From Thermofilaceae archaeon (GTDB lineage Archaea > Thermoproteota > Thermoprotei > Thermofilales > Thermofilaceae), in contig JANXEW010000004.1 in NCBI GenBank assembly GCA_025057995.1, forward strand, positions 24,801 to 88,800: a DNA stretch of 64,000 nt. Reading direction: 5' to 3'. Each line of letters starts with the position of its first letter. Position 1 is the first letter of the stretch. Below are positions 1-7,710 of this stretch, in pieces. The translations under genes and the position numbers were made by a program. Below the pieces are notes generated by a model. It was not told the origin of the DNA. It searched no databases and saw only the letters and a list, made by a program, of their open reading frames with translations.

Positions 1-2097
1 GTATTTTCTCTAGGAGCTCTTGTTTTAGCTGCTGTCACGATCACGAACATCAGCGAGTGGCGCGTTCGAGCGTCGGCGAGCCCTCTACTCAAGCTGGGTA
101 ACTATTCGGTAAACCCTATCTCTCACTCTTCATTTAGCATCTACGACGGCTTGAACGTGACCGCGTATACTCTAAGGTTTGTGCCAGGGTGGGTGGAAGA
201 GTACGCAGTCGGTAGACTGGAGAAGAGAATTCCAGAGCTTTCAACCTACTTGTACCGGGAAGCTCAGTCTGGAGCTGCGAGCTATTGGATCTACCTCGGT
301 AACGTGTTACAGGTTTCTAGCACGCAAGTTTACGGTCCTCTAGTATCTCTGCCAGCCTCCCTAGTCTGGAGGAGTACGGCCACGGGCAGCTACTGGTTGC
401 TTACGACAGCGCGTTTCACTGTTGGAGGCTCGAGAGTTCAACAGTTAATCAACTTCTCCGCTAGACCTTTAAGCCTTTTGTACAACGCTAGCTATGGTTG
501 TGCTACATACGCTCGTAGAGACGGTTTTGAAGACGCTTGTACTCTCGTAAGCTACTCTTTTGACACGAGCATACCTAACAGCCGAATCTACACGTATGGT
601 ATACAGTCTGAAGTAAGTTTCGACATGTGGCACGGTAACCCGGCGCCTAGTTTGTATACCCTGTCTCATAGCGGTTACGCGGCTCTTTTCGTTAACTACT
701 CTACGCATCCTTTTAGCGTTGCATCAAGCTTTTCTTTCCAGTACTTCTTCAGGTCTTCTCTCCAAGATACGGATTACCTGCAAATGCATTTCTTTATAGA
801 CTCGAACATGGATGGGGGCCCGGACGTCGAGGTAATCTACTATGGGAGCGGGGGAGGCACGGCCCCTCTGCCCTTGGCACCAGTCGTCTACGGTAGGAGC
901 TTGCCTGTTACCCTGTACGTAGCACCCGGTTTCGTGAATAGAGCGAACATCTGGTATACGATCACTATCGCGCGGATATATAGCTCCGGTTACGTCGTAG
1001 GTCTTGCTTACGCAACCACATGCGAGAAGGGTATGACGAAGATATGGTGGGATAACGTATCCTTCTACAGCTGCACCCTACCGAGCTACTTGAGCGCTTA
1101 CAGGAGAGGGAGGGATTTTACGGTAGTTTACGTGGATCGCATCACGAGTCCTTCTACTCCGCCCAGCTTAGCAACTCAAGTAGACGCTTTCGGCTCTACC
1201 GGTAACCCCTTAGCCGACTACGGCGTCGCCGCTGCGATATATAACGTAGCTGAGAAATGGGGTACTGTATACGCCGCCGGCTTTTCCTTCAACGTAAGTG
1301 GGTTGTACGTGAGGGACGCGACTGACGTTAGGAACAACGTCGCCTACGTATCTGTCGGCGTGGACTCGGACGGTAACGGGCTTGTGGATACGGAGTACTT
1401 CTTCTACCTGTACGATATCGCTACAGGCTATTCAGGCGCTATCGTTTCAGTGCTCTTAAACCCCGGCGCTGTGGTCTGCACGGTGGGCTCAGGAGGCTCC
1501 TGCACTCCTACAAGCCCAGTCTACAAGGTCTACAACCTCGGCACGATGACTTCAGGCAGCAGCTACAGGTGGAGCGGCACAGTACCTTATACCCAATCCG
1601 GCACTGTCATCAAAGTCGCATTCGCAGTAACTGATGCTAGCTACTGGAGCGCTGGCACGAGTGACGACTTCTGGGTGTGGTGGGATGACTTTGCGGTGGC
1701 TTACGCTGCTTGTACGCCCTTGCCACCCGGCTGGATTAGGGGTGACGGCACAATTTACCGTCCACTAGTACTCGGGGGGATCGTCTACGCTGGAAGCTTC
1801 ACAGGCGATGGCGGGTTCTACCTCTTCAGCTCAGGTTTAAGCCCGCTGTTAGGGGCGCGGAGGAGCGGCAACGTGTACTACGCTAGGTGCGGGGGGAGTG
1901 AAACCATGCTAGGTAGCTTCACGGCAGCCTACTACGTCGACTTAAGAGCGTTGAGCGGGTTGTGGGAGGTGATACTCCGTGACTATAGCGGCAACATCCT
2001 CGCGAGACACGGTTGTGCGCCAGCCGGAGCTTTAAGCTACGTTGGCTTTACGGGCGTGCAAGGCTTTGAACTAAGGGTTTTCGGCGACCCGCCGTGA
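1..2097 (+). CDS. Secreted/surface protein, 5'-truncated by the window edge; bundling-pilin-like N-terminus plus two beta-rich repeats with Ca-binding loops
   Basis: Frame 1 is open from base 1 (VFSLGALVLAAVTITNISEWRVRASASPLLK...), so the true start lies upstream of the ORF-track start at 151. Hydrophobic signal-like segment; S/T/Y/G-rich; repeated DSNMDGGPDVE/DSDGNGLVDTE and WWDN/WWDD motifs. Confidence 0.65.
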   Translation, partial: VFSLGALVLAAVTITNISEWRVRASASPLLKLGNYSVNPISHSSFSIYDGLNVTAYTLRFVPGWVEEYAVGRLEKRIPELSTYLYREAQSGAASYWIYLGNVLQVSSTQVYGPLVSLPASLVWRSTATGSYWLLTTARFTVGGSRVQQLINFSARPLSLLYNASYGCATYARRDGFEDACTLVSYSFDTSIPNSRIYTYGIQSEVSFDMWHGNPAPSLYTLSHSGYAALFVNYSTHPFSVASSFSFQYFFRSSLQDTDYLQMHFFIDSNMDGGPDVEVIYYGSGGGTAPLPLAPVVYGRSLPVTLYVAPGFVNRANIWYTITIARIYSSGYVVGLAYATTCEKGMTKIWWDNVSFYSCTLPSYLSAYRRGRDFTVVYVDRITSPSTPPSLATQVDAFGSTGNPLADYGVAAAIYNVAEKWGTVYAAGFSFNVSGLYVRDATDVRNNVAYVSVGVDSDGNGLVDTEYFFYLYDIATGYSGAIVSVLLNPGAVVCTVGSGGSCTPTSPVYKVYNLGTMTSGSSYRWSGTVPYTQSGTVIKVAFAVTDASYWSAGTSDDFWVWWDDFAVAYAACTPLPPGWIRGDGTIYRPLVLGGIVYAGSFTGDGGFYLFSSGLSPLLGARRSGNVYYARCGGSETMLGSFTAAYYVDLRALSGLWEVILRDYSGNILARHGCAPAGALSYVGFTGVQGFELRVFGDPP

Positions 2098-2250
2098 AAA
2101 ATCTTTAGCGTTTCTCATCCGTGTAAGTTTCGTCCAGCCGATCGTCTTTTAGCGCTCCTCGACTCCCCTGCATAGGGCCTAGTCTACTCTCCCGATGCAG
2201 TGGAGCCTCGACCGTGACCGTTTTTAACGGGCTTCACGCGAGACTTCCTG

Positions 2251-3672
2251 ATGAAGCTGCCGCGAGTAGCTGTAGCCGCTATGCTCGCGTTATTCTCCGT
2301 AGCGCTACTGACTGCGTACTGGCACTTGAGGAGGGAACGGGCTAGGCAGCTTAACGTCAACACCTCTGCTGGAGTTAGGAGGTTGAGCGTCACTTTAAGC
2401 TTCAGTGGACGAGTAAGGGTAGCGGTTAAACCGTTAGACCTTCCGCAGACTCACGTTCCCTCAACTGTTGAGAAGGAAAAGACCGTTGAGGTAGAGTGTG
2501 ATGGTCTCTGCTCTGTAGAAGTCGAAGTGGTCGGCGGCAGGGGTTACACCGTACTCGTAAGTTGGGAAGGTGGGGAGAAGTCCTTCACGGTGCCTTACGT
2601 GAGGGAGTTTGACGACCTAGCTTCGAAACTCGTTGAGGAAGGTGTAGTGGTTAGCGCCGCATACATGCCTTGGAGTATGGGGGAAGTCTTGGGCGCTAGC
2701 TGGCGTAGAGATGTGCCGCTTCTAGGCTTGTACGACGCGTTAGACGATTATATTCAGTGGAAGCACGTCGACTGGGCGCGGGGGCACGGTATACACTTGT
2801 TTTGGGTGGACTGGACTATGTACGCGAGTTCAAAGGCTGGCGACAGGATATTCAAGGTCACGCAAAAGCTGTTGGAGAAGGAGATGGTTGTAGGAGTTAT
2901 GCTTGGTCCTCAGGTAGACATGCATTGGGGACCCGGCTACCCTTCTATAGACTTAAGCGACGATTGGAACGCTGGTATTTTTCTGAACTTGGTTCAGAGA
3001 GCTTTAACGCTGATGAAGGATCCAAACTACTACAGGGTTGGTGAACGTCCTGCTATCCTTATCTGGAACGAGGCTGCCTTCTACAACAGGGAATCCGTCT
3101 ACAAGAGGATGCGGGAGATGGTTGTGAGAGAACTAGGCGTGGAGCCTTACGTGATCACTGACGTTCTCCCAAGAGTTGGGAAGGGTGGGGTTTTAACACC
3201 GGGGACTCCAGAAGGTAGATGGTATGTTGACAATGTTCTTCTAAGGCGTGGAGACGGTGGGGACAAGTACATCGACGCGTATACCTCCTGGATTGGTTTC
3301 TACACGGTTCAGGGTTCAGGAGCTTTGACCAGCGGGGAGATGGAGCTATTTCCTGAAACGTATAAGCGGCATCTCGATTCGTGGAGGCTGTTTGCTCGCG
3401 CGAGGGGAAAGTGCGTTGTTCCCACTGTAAGCCCCGGCTTCGATAGAACTCACGACCCTGTTTTCGGTCAACCCGAACCCATCCCTCGAGACGTGGGGCG
3501 ATTTAAGGCTATGTTAGAAGCGTCTCTCGCTAACGTCGGGGAATGCGGTGAAGTGAGGGTGGATACGTGGAACGACTTCTATGAAGGTACGTACGTTGAA
3601 CCATCGTTAAATGAAGGTCTACTCTATTTAGAAGCGATTAGAGACGTTGCACGACGTCTTAACGGGAGCTGA
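2251..3672 (+). CDS. Membrane-anchored glycoside hydrolase, GH99/GH71-like
   Basis: N-terminal TM; PLLGLYD...HVDWARGHGI, TVSPGFD and TWNDFYEGTYVEPS motifs typical of GH99-like TIM barrels. Confidence 0.7.
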   Translation: MKLPRVAVAAMLALFSVALLTAYWHLRRERARQLNVNTSAGVRRLSVTLSFSGRVRVAVKPLDLPQTHVPSTVEKEKTVEVECDGLCSVEVEVVGGRGYTVLVSWEGGEKSFTVPYVREFDDLASKLVEEGVVVSAAYMPWSMGEVLGASWRRDVPLLGLYDALDDYIQWKHVDWARGHGIHLFWVDWTMYASSKAGDRIFKVTQKLLEKEMVVGVMLGPQVDMHWGPGYPSIDLSDDWNAGIFLNLVQRALTLMKDPNYYRVGERPAILIWNEAAFYNRESVYKRMREMVVRELGVEPYVITDVLPRVGKGGVLTPGTPEGRWYVDNVLLRRGDGGDKYIDAYTSWIGFYTVQGSGALTSGEMELFPETYKRHLDSWRLFARARGKCVVPTVSPGFDRTHDPVFGQPEPIPRDVGRFKAMLEASLANVGECGEVRVDTWNDFYEGTYVEPSLNEGLLYLEAIRDVARRLNGS

Positions 3673-3742
3673 AGGGGTCTTTCAAAGTTGTGAACACGGG
3701 AAAGCTTTAGTACCGTTAAAGCGTTATAATTCATGAGGCTCC

Positions 3743-4702
3743 ATGGGTAGGTTAACCTTACCTTTGTTACCTCTAGTACTGCTGTTAGCGGCTTCAGTAC
3801 TAGCTCAGACTCCGACACCTCTAGTCTTGAACGTTAACAGGGATCTTAAGATAATAGTCTCGTACCCACTTGAAGTTAAGTACAGTAGCTGGGTTAGAGT
3901 AGTCTTTGACGTAACTTCGATCACCAACGTCACCGTAGACAAGTTTGCAGTCAGGTTGGTCCTAGTGCACGATAGAGGTTCTGTAACGCTCTACGAAGCT
4001 TTAATTATTCAATCCAAGGCTATGGCTCAAGGCAGTCAAGTGCAACGGGTAATCGAGTTTCAAGCATCTATACCCGCTCCTAGGCCTCCAGCAGACCCGT
4101 TCCTTGAACTCCACTTGATCGTCAACTACTCTGTCGGCGGTGTAGTTAAGTTCCTAGAGTATAAGGCTCCGATAACCATCGTTCCTCCGGCAACCTATAG
4201 CGAGTTGCAGGCAGCCTTGAGTGAGGCGAGGCAGAAAGCTGAGCTTGCAGACCAACTGGCGAAGCAAGTGAAAACCCTCGAGATCAAGTTGGCTAACGAG
4301 AGTGGAAAGTGCGCTGTGATAAGCGAACAGTTGAAGGGTTTGAGCAGCGAATGGAATCTCCTTAAGGAGAAGGTTGGCGCTCTACAAGCTGAGAACATCG
4401 CTCTAAAGAACCGTATCTCGGAGCTAGAGGAGGAGAACTCTGCACTTAGGATCGAGATATCCTCTCTGAGAGAGGAGAAAGGTGGTCTTTCATCTAGGTT
4501 AACGAGCGTCCAAGACAGTTATGCCGCTCTAGAAGCTGAGTTAAACTCTCTAAAGCAGAAGTACGAGAGCGTTTTAGCTGAAGCGTCAACTCTTAAGGTA
4601 GCTCTCGCTGTAGCAGCCTCGACAGTCGTCGCTCTCATAGTATTACTAGTTCTTCAAAAGAAGGCGGCTCCGAGACCTCTACCCCCACCGCCGCCGCCCT
4701 AA
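3743..4702 (+). CDS. Membrane-anchored coiled-coil protein with C-terminal polyproline tail
   Basis: Signal peptide, beta-rich domain, long heptad coiled coil, C-terminal TM, KKAAPRPLPPPPPP. Confidence 0.75.
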   Translation: MGRLTLPLLPLVLLLAASVLAQTPTPLVLNVNRDLKIIVSYPLEVKYSSWVRVVFDVTSITNVTVDKFAVRLVLVHDRGSVTLYEALIIQSKAMAQGSQVQRVIEFQASIPAPRPPADPFLELHLIVNYSVGGVVKFLEYKAPITIVPPATYSELQAALSEARQKAELADQLAKQVKTLEIKLANESGKCAVISEQLKGLSSEWNLLKEKVGALQAENIALKNRISELEEENSALRIEISSLREEKGGLSSRLTSVQDSYAALEAELNSLKQKYESVLAEASTLKVALAVAASTVVALIVLLVLQKKAAPRPLPPPPPP

Positions 4703-5500
4703 CTCTATAGAAGGCTTGACCTTAGGGGAAACAAGGGTCCAAAATTGTTTGAACACTTGACGCCCGACGCCGCGTCTAAGAACCCCGCGACCGGAGAAGA
4801 CGTATAGACATTCGCCCAATAAGTCAACTGTACCTTGCCTAGTCTCGTAAGCAACTGACTAGACATGGTCATAGTGGGTGTAGAAACAGAGGGGGAAGCT
4901 CATCTCAAACTTCGACATAAGCCTATAACCGTCGCGGAAAACGGGACGGCAACGTAACTGGTAGCTAAAGTCGTCTCAGCTGACTCAAGGTTCATAGTAA
5001 GGGGTTACAACCCTCGACCACTTTGAGGCTTTCGCGATCGTACGAGGCGTTGTCCACGGGGTAAGTCGTCTTAAAGGAGCGTAAGTCATAGCCCCCAAGA
5101 TTTAAGGCATCTACGTTGACGTGGAATGTAGGTAACTTATCCCATCGCCGTCGACGCAGCTTCGAATTAACTGCGTCAAGGGAATTGAGGTTCAAGAGGG
5201 GAAACCGCGCTGCTGGACTCCGGCTTGAGCAGGAGCGAAGCTAAAACTTCAACATGCGGCTCCGACCGTTCTTTACAGGTGGTAGAGGTTCGCAAGTCAA
5301 CGTGGTAGGTAGCGCGATTGTTCTCGCGGCTTTCAACTCGGGAGCTTAACTAATTGGACGTCGAGTGATTAACGTTACTAGCGATTACATTCTGAAGATT
5401 TCCAAGTTTTCCTCTTTAAGCTTCTAGAGGTTCCTTATACTTCTAGAAAAGTCTGAAAACCCCACTCGCTAGAGCCTTGGGGCTGGAGAGTTCCCACCGC

Positions 5501-6412
5501 TTAAGTTTCGACGTAAACCACTTCTCCCTTAGTAATCTCCGAGTCGAGGAGATAGAAGTACTTGAAGTTCCGCCAGTTTAAGGCCGCCGCTCCAACATCG
5601 TCCTTGGAGGCTACGACTATGCCGAGACTATAGGCTTCGCCGTCGAACGCAGCTATCTCAGCTGCGGAATCGATCACCAACTCGGCAGCCTCTCGTGGCT
5701 TGTAACCTTTTGAGAGGAGGAAAACAGCTTTGAAAGCTGCGGCTACCCTCATCGCAACCTCGCCGACTCCAGTGCTGACAGCCGCACCGTATCGGCTGTC
5801 AGCATAGAAACCTGCGCCGACTACGGCTGAGTCGGAGACACGGCCCGGAAACTTGAAAGCTATGCCGCTTGTAGAAGTTCCTGCAGCGACACTTCCGCGT
5901 ATGTCAACAGCTATCGCCCCTGCGGTATCATGCCAAGTCATTGAAGCAGTTTTGAAAAGTTTAGAATAATACTGAAGCAGTTCCGCCGAACCCTCCCTTA
6001 ACCTTTTTTCCAAGTTCCTTCTAGCTTCAAGAGCCTCGGGGGGCGCTTTAGAGTCCTCGACCACCTCAAGCCCGGAGGCTTCAGCCAGCTTTGTAGCCGA
6101 ATCGCCTGCTATGAGGACGTGAGGGAGGTTCTCTAAACACCTTCTAGCCAAGATTATAGGGTTCCTAACCCTTTTTACGGCGGCTACTCCACAAGCTCTC
6201 AACGTATCGCCGTCCATTATGCCCGCATCTAGTTCGACCTCATTCAACCAGTTGGGGAATCCGTTCAAGCCTACGCTCCTCTCACTAGGATCTCTCTCTA
6301 CCTCAGCAATACCCGCTTCGACAGCATCTAACGCGCTACGCCCCTGCCTCAAGAGCTGGTACATCTTTTCAACCACTCGAAGCCCGAAACCGTGGTAGGC
6401 TGCCGCTAACAT
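5501..6412 (-). CDS. Isoaspartyl peptidase/L-asparaginase or glycosylasparaginase (Ntn hydrolase)
   Basis: ELDAGIMDG, HD-T nucleophile (HDTAGAIAVD), GTSTSG, PGRVSDS, STGVGE. Confidence 0.9.
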   Translation of the reverse strand: MLAAAYHGFGLRVVEKMYQLLRQGRSALDAVEAGIAEVERDPSERSVGLNGFPNWLNEVELDAGIMDGDTLRACGVAAVKRVRNPIILARRCLENLPHVLIAGDSATKLAEASGLEVVEDSKAPPEALEARRNLEKRLREGSAELLQYYSKLFKTASMTWHDTAGAIAVDIRGSVAAGTSTSGIAFKFPGRVSDSAVVGAGFYADSRYGAAVSTGVGEVAMRVAAAFKAVFLLSKGYKPREAAELVIDSAAEIAAFDGEAYSLGIVVASKDDVGAAALNWRNFKYFYLLDSEITKGEVVYVET

Positions 6413-6467
6413 ACGACTTTACTACCAGCTTCAAGGGATTTTACGCTTACTCTTTTAACAAAAAGTG

Positions 6468-6500
6468 AGATAACATAAAATTTATATAAGTAAGTTATCT
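6468..6500 (+). promoter_or_regulatory. TATA box flanked by an inverted repeat (putative PadR operator)
   Basis: TTTATATA at 6481-6488, about 28 nt upstream of ATG 6516; AGATAACATA (6468-6477) and TAAGTTATCT (6491-6500) are 9/10 complementary. Confidence 0.55.
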
Positions 6501-6515
6501 AAGTTTGTTGAGAAT

Positions 6516-6923
6516 ATGTACGGCCACGGGTGTGAAGGTGGACACCATGAGGAACACCATTATCCGCCACTACCTCCACCTTGGTTCCAACCTGGGGCTT
6601 GGCCGCCATCTCCCCACGCGTTCTACATTAGAGGTCTGCTCCACTTAGCTGTCCTTAAAATCCTTAAAGAGGAGCCTCTTCACGGAAGCGAGATCCAACG
6701 AGTATTGAGGGAGAAGTTCGGCTTCGAGGTTACGGGACCGGCTATATACGGGACGTTGAGGAAGCTAGAGGTCCATGGGTTCGTCATCGCGACTTGGGAT
6801 ACTACCGGAAGCGGTCCAGCTAGGAGAGTCTATAGAATTACGGAAGAAGGAGTTGAATATTTGAAGAGGGCAACTGAAAAGCTAATGAAATTGAGGGAAC
6901 TCGTAGAAAAACTTGTCTCATAG
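6516..6923 (+). CDS. PadR-family transcriptional regulator
   Basis: RGLLHLAVLKIL..PLHG..I, GPAIYGTLRKLE..G, RRVYRITEEG; His/Pro-rich N-terminal extension. Confidence 0.92.
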   Translation: MYGHGCEGGHHEEHHYPPLPPPWFQPGAWPPSPHAFYIRGLLHLAVLKILKEEPLHGSEIQRVLREKFGFEVTGPAIYGTLRKLEVHGFVIATWDTTGSGPARRVYRITEEGVEYLKRATEKLMKLRELVEKLVS

Positions 6924-6970
6924 TTTGTAGGACAGATAACCTTTTCTTTACAGTTTATCGATGCTTTAAC

Positions 6971-7690
6971 ATGGGCGAAGTTAGGCTCTCCAACTTTAGT
7001 TGGGTGAGGGCTAGGGATTACTTCTCAACGAACGACATCGTACTCCTACCGGTCGGTTCAACGGAGCAGCATGGTCCACAGAACCCTTTGGGTACTGACC
7101 ATTTGATAGCTTACGAGCTAGCTTTGGAAGCTGGAAGGAGAACCGGGGTCGCTGTTTTACCCCCTGTCCCATACGGCGTCAGCGTACACCACTCAGCATT
7201 CCCAGGGACTGTCTGGGTTCGTGAAGAAGTGTTTAAGGAGTACGTTCGCGACATCGTTCTCTCGCTGAAAAAACACGGTGTGAAAAAGGTTGTCGTGGTG
7301 AACGGGCACGGGGGGAACCTCAACGCCCTACTGTCCCTCTCAAGGGAGCTCAGGGGAGAGGGAGTTCTCACCGTAGTGTTCCAGTGGTGGACTCTTCCGA
7401 AGCTCAGCGACCTCTTCACTAGGGAGGAGTTGGGTCACGCTGCAGCAGCTGAAACCTCCCTCAACCTCTTCCTCAATGGGAAAAGTGTTGACATGAGTTC
7501 CGTTGTAGACGAGAAGCCGAGAAAGCTCCCTACGGATGGGTTAGCGTACTTCCCTGAGTACACCGACGACCGTACTAAAACTGGAGTTTTCGGCGTAGCG
7601 ACTACAGCTTGCAAGGGTAGGGGTGAGAGAGTCTTTGAGATAGCTTCGAGAGCACTTGTTGAAACCATAGAGGCATTGAGAAGGAGTTGA
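6971..7690 (+). CDS. Creatininase/creatinine amidohydrolase family protein
   Basis: LPVGSTEQHGP..PLGTD, VNGHGGN, GHA...ETS. Confidence 0.92.
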   Translation: MGEVRLSNFSWVRARDYFSTNDIVLLPVGSTEQHGPQNPLGTDHLIAYELALEAGRRTGVAVLPPVPYGVSVHHSAFPGTVWVREEVFKEYVRDIVLSLKKHGVKKVVVVNGHGGNLNALLSLSRELRGEGVLTVVFQWWTLPKLSDLFTREELGHAAAAETSLNLFLNGKSVDMSSVVDEKPRKLPTDGLAYFPEYTDDRTKTGVFGVATTACKGRGERVFEIASRALVETIEALRRS

Positions 7691-7710
7691 CGGGCACAAC
7701 CTTCCGTCTC

